Assembly: GCA_051942245.1 (NCBI GenBank) | Contig: JAVECL010000079.1 | Coordinates: 1 to 59,380, forward strand | Length of the DNA: 59,380 nucleotides | Source: Trypethelium eluteriae | Lineage: Eukaryota | Reading direction: 5' to 3' | Part shown: piece after piece, positions 25,641-36,581 of the stretch | How the letters are laid out: each line of letters starts with the position of its first letter | How positions within the stretch are numbered: position 1 is the stretch's first letter | Made by a program: the position numbers and the translations under genes | The notes under the pieces: generated by a model | Seen by the model: only the letters and a program-made list of their open reading frames with translations | What the model was told of the DNA's origin: nothing | Databases searched by the model: none

Positions 25641-26207
25641 CACAGCAACTTTTAGCATCGCGGAGCCGATGAGCGGAGGGTCAATCTCAGGCAGAATCTC
25701 ACACCGCCTTGAAGAATGCCCTCCTGGTGGGTGGTGGGGTCCTTTTCACAGCAATTTTTAGCGTCGCGAAGCCGAGGAGCGGCGGCTCTTCAGGAAAGGG
25801 AGGGGAATAAGTGTTCGATTTTGACACCTCCACTAATCACCAAATCTCAACAGCTCTATGCACCTTTTAAATACTAACATTACCTTCCTTCATCCTTTTT
25901 CTAGGTAAATAATTCGAATCGAGTTATTTGCTTACAAAATTCTGGATAATCTTTGAAAATTTTCAAGTATTGTGCAGGTGTGGGTGGGTGGGTGGTGAGG
26001 TGGTCTGTGTCAAAATCGGACACTTATTCCTGCCCTAGCACGCCTGGAGAGCCGGGGCCGTGCACCGTGTGGGCGCGTGAGTGTGAGTTTTTTTGGAAAC
26101 AACACACTGAGCAGCAACATTTTCACAGCAATTTTTAGCGTCGCGGAGCCGATGAGCGTTGGGCCAATCTCAGGCAGAATCTCACACCGCCTTGAAGATT
26201 GCCCTCC
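25641..26207. repeat. Dispersed direct repeats: 84-bp copies at 25641-25724 and 26124-26207, and a 35-bp partial copy at 25747-25781
   Basis: Manual alignment gives 78/84 identity between the long copies (CACAGCAAYTTTTAGCRTCGCGGAGCCGATGAGCG...GCCCTCC) and 33/35 for the partial copy. Confidence 0.9.
25804..26030. mobile_element. Fold-back/MITE-like element, 227 bp, with 24-bp terminal inverted repeats and a central palindrome
   Basis: GGAATAAGTGTTCGATTTTGACAC (25804-25827) matches the reverse complement of 26007-26030 at 23/24. Central palindrome 25905-25931 has 11/13 matching arms. The core is AT-rich and non-coding; no clear TSD. Confidence 0.6.
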
Positions 26208-26316
26208 CCACCAAGGAAAATCATTGACGCACGGGCCACGACCACCATCGTGAAGGACTGCTGCACAAGACCACTTTGCGCATTGAAATCGTGCCCGGAC
26301 TGTTGACCCTGTCACG

Positions 26317-27327
26317 ATGAGGTCAGAAATCTTCACATTCTTTGACAATACTCGAACAGAACTGTAGCTTACAATTATAGGATTGAGAACTGCTGGTTCT
26401 GCAGCCGCCCTATTTACCCAAGCAAAGGTAGCTAAACCTTGCCTCCAGCGCGCAATCTTTTCCTCGTGGTGTCCGCTGACGTCTCGATCCTATGATTTGC
26501 AGGTATCACTTTTGTTAGAAACGATGCTCGGGCTTTCCACTTCTGCCGCAGTACGTCTTCAGTATCTTTCACGCTCAGAAGGAGCTCTGCTTCAACAATG
26601 CTTCCGCTCGTCAATTTTCTACTTCCCACGACATCTCATTATCAACGTGGATATGTATTTCTCTCGCGCCATCTCTCGAAACCCACAAGGCGATCTCATG
26701 CATGTGAGCGCAGATCAAGCTGGTGGTTCTGGAAGAGAGCCCAAAAACCGCACAATGCACTTTTCCTAATGACTTACCCTCACTCTGGCTTCTTGTACGG
26801 CCTATCAATTCTGACTTCCAATTCCAGGCAAGTGTCATCGATCGTACAAGATGCGAAGAAACCCCCGAAAGCTTGGATGGACCAAAGCTTTCAGAAGAGC
26901 GCATGGCAAAGAGATGACCGTCGACTCTACCCTCGCCTTCGCCGCCCGCCGCAACATCCCCGTACGCTATGACCGAGAGCTGGTCAAGGAGACTCTACGG
27001 GCAATGGAGCGGGTCGAAGAGATCCGGGCCAAGAGGGAGCGCAAGTTTTACATGGAGAGGATGAAGGGGAAGAAGAGGAGGGAGTTGGAGATGGATCGGA
27101 AGTTAGTCGCGGAGAATCAGCATTTATTGCCGGTAGGGGAGAGAGCAGAGGTATCGTTGGAGGAGACGAAAACGGCGATGCCAGTGAAAGAGCAGAGGTT
27201 GGTTGGGGAGGAGGAAGAGTGGTCAGGGCTGGAGGAGGAAGTGGACGTGCCGGAGCTGGATCTGAAACAGAGGCAGAAGATGAGGATAAAGGTTGGCGGA
27301 GGAATCGAGAAGATGGACGTGGATTAA
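26317..27327 (+). CDS. RLP24: Ribosome biogenesis protein Rlp24 (eL24-like); join(26317..26321,26381..26427,26503..26550,26828..27327)
   Basis: Spliced product [68 protein letters not shown]. Confidence 0.92.
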
Positions 27328-27702
27328 TTGGGGTCACCCTGGTATATTGCTTACGTCGGTACGGCTTGCAGTTCAAGCTGGCTGTTTTCGGCGTTTGGAG
27401 AAGAGTTCACCACAAGCCGCGTTCCTGCTTAATATCTCGAACTCCAGCTTTCAAGAGTGTTCTTCGGCGTTTGTGCATAAAGACGTATAGAGCGCGAAAT
27501 ATGTATGAACGGGCCAACGTCGAAACGAATGGCTTTTCTGACGCCCAGAACCATCAGTTCCATCATGTGTACAGACATATTGTACACATACATGCAAATC
27601 ATTTTATGCACCATCATCGTCATGCACCCAGGATTCCGCAAATCAACCACCCATTGTACCATAAAACCGAACCCCGATCCAAGGCCATCATCACTCCAAT
27701 TT

Positions 27703-29946
27703 CTACGCCTGCCCACCCACTAACTCCTCCCCCTTCTCATCCTTCCCTCCACTCCCCTCTCCACTCCTCTTACTCCTCTCACTCCCCTTCGGACTTTCCC
27801 TCCTACTTCCTCTTCCCTCCTTCCCCAAATCACTCCTCACACTAGCTAAAATCGCACCCCCTCCCTCCATCTTCCCCAACCTTACCACCAAAGCCGTATT
27901 CTCCTTCTGCAACTCCCCGACCTGACTCCTCAACACCTCATTCTCCCTCTCCAAATACCCCACGCGCTCGCGAAACCCCTCCCTCTCCTGCTTCACCCTC
28001 TGCCACGCATCCTTCTCATCCACCTTCTTCCTGCGCTCCTCCCGCTTCCTCGCCTCCTTCTCCCGCTTCTCCTCCAGCTTCCGCATCTCCTTCTGATGCC
28101 GCTCCTCATACTTGCGCACCTCGCGGTCGTGGCGCTCGCGCGCCTTCGCCGCCTCCGCCTCCGTCTTCTCGCTGTCGCGCGCCCGCCGCGCGTCCTCCTT
28201 CGCGTGCTGCCGCGACAGCTTCTCGTCCAGCGCGCGCCGCTTGTCTTCGAGCTTCGTCAGCTCGCGGTCGTGCTGGAAGGTTGCGGCGCGGTTGGGGCCG
28301 CCGGGCCGCGCGGCGCTGGAGAGCGGTGTCTCGGTCGAGGCGCTGGAGTCGAAGGAGAGGGCTGATGAGGTCGACAGTTTCTTGCGGTGTTGCTGGTGGG
28401 CTTCGTCGTCGTCGTCGTCGTCGGCGGCGGCGGCGTAGGGTGGAGGACGTTCCTGGGCGGTGTGGAAGGGCTCGGCGTCCGCGAAGGATTGGAGGGAGGA
28501 GGTGCTGGTGCTGGATGAGCTGGAGCTGGAGGAGCGACGCTGGGCGTGGGGTGTGGAAGGGGTGGGATTGGCGACCTCGCCTTGGACGAATTGCGGAGCA
28601 TAGGAGCGGACGACGTCGGAGATCTGGGACATCAGGCCTTGGTCTTGGCCAGAAGCATGGTGGTGGCCGTCCGCTTCGGTTCGCTCGTCGTATTGGCCTG
28701 TCATGGTTGTGCTACCACGACGAGAAGAGCTTTCGAGACCAGAAAGGTGACCGTTCACTTCGACTTGTTCTTCTTCTAGAGCTTCAGTTTCTTCATCTTC
28801 AGCATTAGATTTAGAGGTAGCTCCAGATATTTCATGTTCAGCGGTTCCTGCGTTGGCGGTGAAATCTTGACTGCAGGCCCAGTTGAGGAATTTTGAGGCA
28901 TCGGAAATGATACTTGATGGTGTACCGCGTTCGACCATGAAGCGAGGAATGCCACCACCGGGATCACTACGAGTTACCATAATCCACTGAACTGGGTTCA
29001 ATTCTGCTTTCTCATTTTCATCATCCAGGTCTAGTCGCTCGCCCTTTGCTTCTGGACCCCTTGATTCAGCAAAGCCTATCGTATGTCCCCGATCTCGACT
29101 TCTTGTAGGACTACTTGCTCTGTTCAGAAGATCTGTAGTCGACGCGGCCTTGGATGGCACCAGTGGTATTTCTCTTATCAATTCTATTGATTCATATTGA
29201 CCTCGTACATAGCCCTCCCGCTCCGGAGCATCCGGATGTTGGCAAGGTTTCGAGACGACCATGAAATGCCTGGGTATTGATTTCGGGGACTTTGGAGAGT
29301 CGATGTGTGGCGCTGAAGCCTCGCTGAGGCAGTTCTCAGACGTCATCAGGAGAGTAATGAATTCTCTGGGTGCCACAGGTCCGGGGAATTGTGCGGACAG
29401 TTGGAAAACCTCTAGTACGCCCAAGCCTTCAACTTCCTTCTTGTCCAATCTTTGATCCACACCTATACCTCTGACGCATCCAGCACCGGGACCACCCTCT
29501 ACCGCCATGCTTTCTAGAAACTCCCTTTTCATTGCCGTCCGCCATTTATCAAACCCCAAACCTTCGTGGACGCTACTCCGAGCAAACCATGCCCCATGCC
29601 TATCATGCCCTGCCATTTTATATAGGGATATGCCTAAGGGGTTCTCTTTTGGATTGACCTTCATTGGCTTGCCCCATCCCTTTTGTAGCTCAACATGTGA
29701 CGGCTGTGGCGGAGGCGGTCGTGCAGAAGACACAGTCATCGTGGCGGCATTATGTGCGCTGTTGACTTGCGAAGTGGAAGGCTTAGAGTGAAGGAAGTCA
29801 TCTCCGCCGGGAGGTGGTGGGACAGAGTTGGCAATGGTCTCTGCTTGAGTGAAAGCATTGGACATGAAGCTATTGAGGTCGGATAGAGGAATATCGTCAA
29901 AGTTTATCGGTCCCAGAGCGGATAGCGCGCCTTGAAGTTGAGACAT
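27703..29946 (-). CDS. DUF3074 (START-like) protein with a C-terminal coiled coil
   Basis: WFARSSVHEG, FPGPVAPREFITLL, YVRGQYESIELIREI and NPVQWIMVTRSDPGGGIPRF motifs. First ATG at 29946. Confidence 0.8.
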   Translation of the reverse strand: MSQLQGALSALGPINFDDIPLSDLNSFMSNAFTQAETIANSVPPPPGGDDFLHSKPSTSQVNSAHNAATMTVSSARPPPPQPSHVELQKGWGKPMKVNPKENPLGISLYKMAGHDRHGAWFARSSVHEGLGFDKWRTAMKREFLESMAVEGGPGAGCVRGIGVDQRLDKKEVEGLGVLEVFQLSAQFPGPVAPREFITLLMTSENCLSEASAPHIDSPKSPKSIPRHFMVVSKPCQHPDAPEREGYVRGQYESIELIREIPLVPSKAASTTDLLNRASSPTRSRDRGHTIGFAESRGPEAKGERLDLDDENEKAELNPVQWIMVTRSDPGGGIPRFMVERGTPSSIISDASKFLNWACSQDFTANAGTAEHEISGATSKSNAEDEETEALEEEQVEVNGHLSGLESSSRRGSTTMTGQYDERTEADGHHHASGQDQGLMSQISDVVRSYAPQFVQGEVANPTPSTPHAQRRSSSSSSSSTSTSSLQSFADAEPFHTAQERPPPYAAAADDDDDDEAHQQHRKKLSTSSALSFDSSASTETPLSSAARPGGPNRAATFQHDRELTKLEDKRRALDEKLSRQHAKEDARRARDSEKTEAEAAKARERHDREVRKYEERHQKEMRKLEEKREKEARKREERRKKVDEKDAWQRVKQEREGFRERVGYLERENEVLRSQVGELQKENTALVVRLGKMEGGGAILASVRSDLGKEGRGSRRESPKGSERSKRSGEGSGGKDEKGEELVGGQA

Positions 29947-30856
29947 GCTGAACAACGCATACCAAAGCTTCAGCCGCAGAATACAGAAAGCCCAGAGATT
30001 AGTTTGACTCCCAAGTGAATCCGACTTTGCCGGAGATCGGTCCTATTCCTTGAATTTGGTGGAGATTCAGTAGGCACGGTCCGGCTTAGATCCATAGCAA
30101 AGTACGATGATAGGGCATCAAAATCCAGGGAGTGCTTGAGATGTTGGAAGCACGATGGTTAAGAAAAGTGGAATTACATCATTGCTCTGTTGAGTGCATT
30201 TCTTGTTTCAAGGCATTGTGAATTATGGGTATGTGCACGCAAGTGCCAGTGCCACTATCGGTGGTCGCACCAAAGTCGTGCCGATCTGCCGAAGATGGCT
30301 TAATAATCGCCTAATCCTGCAAACCAACCCAAATTAGAAGTGACCACGCGAGCAGCCCCCATTGATTAGCAGCCGGGATGTTATCGACGCCCCAGGTACC
30401 TGTTATCTGCACCACGGTCTAGATCTACGAGGGCTTGGCCAGATCGTTCCACCTGCGTTGAAGCTTGACCCCTCTCTCTACACCACCATAACAGAGACCT
30501 GCTTCACAGGTACCTCTGAAAGCAGATGTGGAAACATTCGATCCTGAGTTAGAGTGTTTGTTGGTGTATTAATATCAGCTGAGATCAGGCTGTGAAAACG
30601 CTCGGAACGGGAAAGCTCGCACGAGTAATTCCTGCATTAATGCTCTCGATATGTATCACAGTAATCATCAGCCCCGCGGACTCGCACGGCATGGTACGAT
30701 AGATCTGGCGTAAAAGGTCTGGATCCTTTGAGGCAGCTCTTAGGGCGGAAACAGCAAACAGCCAGCTACAACCCTAATTACCTGTCAGAAAGTGCCAAAG
30801 TGAAAAAGGAATGGATTCCCCAGAGATTGCTCCAAAGCTAAATCACAAAGCAGTAC

Positions 30857-32113
30857 ATGATGCCTCGTTCCAAGATCTCCTACCAAACTAAAGTATTGCA
30901 AACGCCTTCGTTCGCACCCTCGCTCGAGGACGTTCGAACGGTTCGCCATCTTCTAGCTTCCAAAACAACACCATCCGACTTTCATCTCCCTAATGAGTTG
31001 ATACTTCATATCCTCGACTACGCTCGATATCATCCAATTGCCAGATCGGAACGGACGGAAACATTGGAACTAGTACCTGAGCCACAATACTCTCACACTC
31101 AACTGTATCTGGCTGCAGAGCCACTGCCGATACCAAAGGAGGGAGAAAAGCTGAAGATTCTCGATGTCCGATTCATAGTCGAGAGTCGAGGGCCCGATTT
31201 TTATGGTGTTCATCAATTAGGTAAGACCACTGATCTCCTTGGATTTACCGCAGCTCTGCTTTTCATTCTCACGAGTTTCCATTGGGGGGTTCTGCTCCAC
31301 ACAAATATCCATACAAGCACGGTCGAAGATATTGTAGGATTTAACACGGAGGTTTTTTTTTTTTTTTTTTTTTTTTTTCTTTTCCCCTGAATTTTTGATT
31401 TCATCGGTGATTGTCGTTGAATGACATGGCGGCGAATTCGGTCTTGCCGTTTGGCCTAGCAGCCAGAGAAATATTTGTGTCGTCCACTGAAACTTTGATT
31501 GTCGGGGTATCGCTTGTGTGATCCATAGATTCGAATGGTGGCTTTTAAGCATGTTAGACAAATAGTCATCTAGTACCCTCAAGACGATATTGAAGACTCT
31601 CGTGCACATCATCATGCTCTCGCTAACTCAATATTTCTCTCTTGTATAGTCACCCATAACCCGTCATTTTTCGAAGTCTCTATCATTCGTCCTGTCGGTT
31701 CCATCATTGATGCGCCCATTCATCAAGAGTCATGGGACCCACGCTCGAACCCCGAGTTCGGCAGCTCCCAACCGAAAGGCATCTTCTTTAATCGCCATAA
31801 AACCCACGGGCTGGTCGAGCGCGTCCCCATGCCGGAGCGCTGTGAAGGCCCATTGACCCAAGTACAGTATGAGGGCAGTCACTCTTGGTTCCTCCTTGCG
31901 AACAGGGTAGCGTACAATGACTGGGCGAGACATGAAGTCATTTGGAGAGCTAAAGGGGAATGGGAGGGAAACGGCGCCGTAGGAAGTGGAGATGGCTTTG
32001 TAGAGAAATTAAGGCCAGGCGATAGGATTGGGCTGTGGATACGGGCTTCCAAATTTATCTGGGTGAATAAGATTAGGAACGCGAGAGTAGAAGTGAGGTA
32101 TACGGTTCTCTAA
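30857..32113 (+). CDS. Conserved fungal hypothetical protein with an F-box-like N-terminal segment; join(30857..31220,31650..32113)
   Basis: LPNELILHILDYARY and C-terminal GSGDGFVEKLRPGDRIGLWIRA..WVNKI. A 429-nt intron (GTAAGA...GCTAAC...TAG) joins the exons in phase. Confidence 0.7.
31353..31378 (+). repeat. Poly(T)26 tract inside an intron
   Basis: Seen directly in the sequence. Confidence 0.95.
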
Positions 32114-33079
32114 GACAGGACTGAAGGAATGCATTACGGTTTATTACGATCCATTCTTCACGGTCGAATGTCTAAGCGATATCCTGTTGTACATTTAGCT
32201 AGAACGATTATTGTTCTGCAAAAGAGATCACCTGCGCTCAAACATCCCAATTTCAATTTTTCATGTTCAATCACTGAGACTAGCCTGGCCGACGTAACAG
32301 GCGCTGATGAAAATGGGGTCTGAAAAGTCCAGTACTCGAACAGGAGAATCCTCCATTGATGCAAGCCTGCCAACAGAGTATGGCCCAATGTACGTAAAGG
32401 AGCAGTGAAAAAAAACGTCGAATGAAAAACGCGGCACGTATTATGGATGGAAACAAGAAATGACAGCATCAGTGCTGTCGATACTCATAATTTTCTGCAA
32501 AGTGAGCACAAACTTAATGTTAGATTATCCGTTTCGCCAGGTAGATTTGACTCATTTGAGTTCCCTGATACACTTGTTAGTATCGCATCTGAGTTGCCGA
32601 GATGGACCCCAATGGATCAACAAGGACAGCTCTACCTGAGTTACGAAATTGTGATGTTGCCATGCAGGAATGCCTCGAGGTTTGTGAAGTAAGCCTACCT
32701 GGAGTATGCTCTACTATAGCCACCCCATTTCCAAGGAATGTATTTGCAGCACAGCAGGTTTGTTCGGCCGCTCATGATATATTCAATTGAAAATCTTCCT
32801 TCAGGTGATCTTCTCTGGTCGACAGGCTACTGTCAGAGGCCTCCACAGATTGAGGGTTTGCAATTGGAGGACATAAGGTACGGAAAAGAGGGAGAGGGAG
32901 GTTTTGCTCGGCCGGAGATCGGCGCCACCGCGTCCGAAGTAACCGTCATACAACGTCGCGACGGATACAACTTGACTTTTCATCCTTCCAACCTATTCAT
33001 TTTTCTTGTTGCGGGGCGCCTGGAGATTTTGTAGTTCCTAGCCTTCTGAAGCTACTCGCGGCATCGAGTTTTCTGAACC

Positions 33080-35871
33080 ATGTCTACCTTCCTACGACGG
33101 CCATCTTCCATCACGCAGATCACGAAGGCCGGTATTGAAGTTGCCACAAAATCAACCAAATATTCGAGGAGGCCCTTAACACTTTCTCCACTTTCATACA
33201 CTTCACAGCGAATTCGAGGCTATGCGACGGTTCAGCCCGAAGATCCAAAGGATCCGAAAGACAAGGACAAGGAGAAGAAGCAGGATGGGGACCCTTCCAA
33301 GGTAGCAAAGGAAAATGATAAGACACCCGGCAAACCTGCTCCTGGATTTGAAGGTCTCTACAATAACAAAAGCCCGGTTTCGCCTCCACCGAAGCCAGAA
33401 CATCCAGATGGTGGACAGTCGCACACGGCAAACCTCTCCACAGAGGAGCTTAAGGCTCTTGACGATCTCATGAATACTTTAAGACGAGGGATGCCTGAAC
33501 AGCAAGTTGAGCTATTAGAACGAGCATTTGCAGATATCAAGAAGCAAGGTATACCTACTGAAATGAGAGAAATCATGAATAAGCTCCAGGCTGGTGAAAG
33601 TCTGGATCTTATCACCGCTGCTAAGCTTGTCCGGATGACTACTAAGATGGCTCGGGATGCCGCTGAAAGAGACGCTGCGGAAGCTTTCAAGGAGCCTGCA
33701 CAAAAGAGTGGCGCTCATGACCCTGGGCCCCAGGGGCAAAGCAAAAAGAAGAGTAGCAAAGGAAAGCAAGACCAAGGCTTTCGCAACTTCGAATTCAAGC
33801 TTGACAATGGGACCTTCCTTGTATCTGCCTTCGTCACATACCTCCTCTATCGAATGGTAGTCCCAGGAGAGAATTCCCGAGAGATTACATGGCAGGAATT
33901 TCGCCAAACCTTCCTCGATAAAGGCCTAGTCGAAAAACTCATTGTCATCAACGGCTCGCGTGTCCGAGTCTACCTCAATCAGACCGCCACCTCTGCCGCC
34001 TACCCAGAATCACCCGCCGCACAACCCAGTTTTTACTACTACTTCAGCATTGGCTCTGTAGAAGCTTTTGAGCGAAGACTTGATGAGGCACAAAACGAAT
34101 TGGGAATACCAAGCTCCGAACGGATACCGATCGCGTACCATGAAGAAGGTTCGTGGTTGAATGCTCTCCTCTCGCTGGGTCCCACGCTTTTGCTTGTTGG
34201 GTCAACATTCTGGCTATTCCGACGTGCCTCTGGTGGAGCTGGTGGACAGAGTGGTTCTGGGGGTATTTTTGGCATGATGCGCAGCAAAGCGAAGAAATTC
34301 AACCACGAGACAGATGTCAAGGTCAAATTCGCCGACGTAGCCGGTATGGATGAAGCAAAGCAAGAGATCATGGAATTCGTGAGCTTCCTCAAAGAGCCAG
34401 GGATGTATCAAAAGCTTGGCGCAAAGATTCCTCGAGGTGCTATTCTGTCGGGTCCACCCGGTACCGGTAAGACGTTGCTGGCCAAAGCGACAGCAGGAGA
34501 GTCGGCTGTGCCATTCTTCAGTGTCAGCGGGTCAGAGTTTGTGGAAATGTTTGTGGGAGTAGGTGCTTCACGAGTACGTGATCTATTTGCAACCGCTAGG
34601 AAAAACACGCCGTGTATCATCTTCGTTGATGAAATTGATGCGATCGGTAAATCAAGAGCAAAGCAAAGTTTCGGTGGTGGAAATGACGAGAGAGAAGCCA
34701 CACTGAATCAAATTCTTACTGAAATGGACGGCTTCAACACGTCAGAGCAAGTTGTCGTCCTTGCAGGCACGAACCGACCGGATGTACTAGACAAGGCTCT
34801 GATGCGACCTGGACGATTTGACCGGCATATAGCCATTGACCGACCAACCATGGACGGCCGAAAACAAATCTTTGGGGTGCACCTTAAGAAGATCGTCACT
34901 GGCGAAGATATTGAATATCTCAAGGGCCGTCTCGCATCTCTCACCCCAGGTTTCTCAGGCGCAGACATTGCTAATTGTGTCAATGAAGCCGCACTTATAG
35001 GTGAGTTTCTCTACTATCCCTGTCTCTCCTGATATTTGCGGGGACTGACTCAACTTCGCAAGCCGCACGCAACAATGCCGACTCCGTTACCATGACCCAT
35101 TTCGAAACCGCCATTGAGCGTGTCATTGGTGGCCTCGAGAAGAAATCCCTCGTCCTCTCACCGGAAGAAAAACGCACCGTTGCATATCACGAAGCCGGCC
35201 ATGCCATTTGTGGCTGGTTCTTCAAATACGCCGATCCTCTTCTGAAAGTCAGCATTATCCCACGTGGCCAAGGCGCTCTAGGCTACGCCCAATATCTTCC
35301 CTCGGGTGACACCTACCTCATGAACGTTCACCAGCTCATGGACCGCATGGCTATGACACTCGCCGGACGCGTCAGTGAAGAATTGCACTTCGACACAGTA
35401 ACAAGTGGTGCTAGTGATGACTTCAACAAGGTGACGCGGATGGCAACGGCAATGGTCACAAAATGGGGCATGTCGAACAAGATTGGCTACCTATATTTCG
35501 ATGATGAATCGCAGCAGCAACTACATAAACCCTTCTCAGAGGAGACTGCAAAGAATATCGATGCCGAGGTCAGACGTATTGTTGATGAGGCGTACAAGCA
35601 ATGCAAGGACCTGTTGGTGGAAAAGAAGAAGGAGATCGGAATCGTCGCTGAAGAGCTTCTGAAAAAGGAAATGCTCACGCGGGATGATCTGATTCGCTTG
35701 TTAGGTGCTCGCCCGTTCGAAGATAAGGGTGAATTCGCAAAATACTTTGGAAGTAGGGGCGATAGGGAGGGTCCCGGGTCGGGAGTAGCCCCAACGCCGG
35801 AATCAACGTCTCCTCCAGGGGCATCTGAGCCACCAGCTCCTGCACCGACCGTGTTTAGAGATCATAGATGA
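33080..35871 (+). CDS. YTA12: Mitochondrial m-AAA protease subunit (Yta12/Afg3, FtsH family); join(33080..35000,35063..35871)
   Basis: Mitochondrial-presequence-like N-terminus, two TM segments, Walker A GPPGTGKT, Walker [12 protein letters not shown] region and HEAGH zinc motif. Confidence 0.92.
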
Positions 35872-36581
35872 GATCGCGTAAATATGCGTGTATATAGCAT
35901 TCAATGGCGTTGGCGGGTACCCTGGGTGGGGGTTTAGCATTAGCTGTGTGTGAAATGTACTCTATTCCGCTCAAAGATAGCAAAATTCGTAGACTTGTTT
36001 TCCGTGATGTGCTTTAGCATACGGCAATCGGTTCGAATCTTTCCGCTGAGATATTTGGCTCATTTCAAGACACATATTGGGTTCAACGAATAGTTCAGTG
36101 ATGTTGATAAAAACCCACCTCTTTGATCTGAGTTCCGAGACGCCGAAGAAATGTAAATTCATGGTTGGGAGAAGTCCGCCTCGATAATTTTCCACTGTAG
36201 GATTCAGTCTAACAAGTCAGTACTTACTTACTCATCGTTCAAGTTGATATTTCTAGAAACTCCAATTCATTCATGAAACGGTCTTAGATACAAGTGAGGT
36301 GAGGGGGGCTCTGATGCGAAACCTCCAAATGACGGACGTCAGGAAACTACAATACACAATAGAAAGGAAATTGATCAAGACCACGCCTTCCTGACCGGCT
36401 GCCGAAATCAACAGTCGAACGTAGACCCTAGTTAGCCCATATATCATGGCAGTATGTATTTGCCAAGAGCGATAGAAGCTTAGATATATACTCCAGTCCC
36501 ATGACTCCATAGCTTTTCCAACCGTCTATTGCCCGGATCAAGGACATATCTCATGCTGGCGAACGCAGATCGCCTCCTTAT

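Noticed and set aside
25641..26207. Repeats as a CRISPR array or as snRNA genes (Sm-like AATTTTTAG)
   Set aside because: Eukaryotic context, irregular spacing, no cas genes, and no U1/U2/U4/U5 conserved motifs.
27219..28808. Long overlapping ORFs in the RLP24/DUF3074 convergent region
   Set aside because: Low-complexity products of GC-rich, stop-poor antisense or alternative frames.
31213..31615. ORFs with poly-Lys/poly-Phe
   Set aside because: Artefacts of the intronic T26 tract.
32130..33030. Possible spliced minus-strand gene upstream of YTA12
   Set aside because: Intron-like signals exist, but I could not assemble a coherent or recognisable reading frame.
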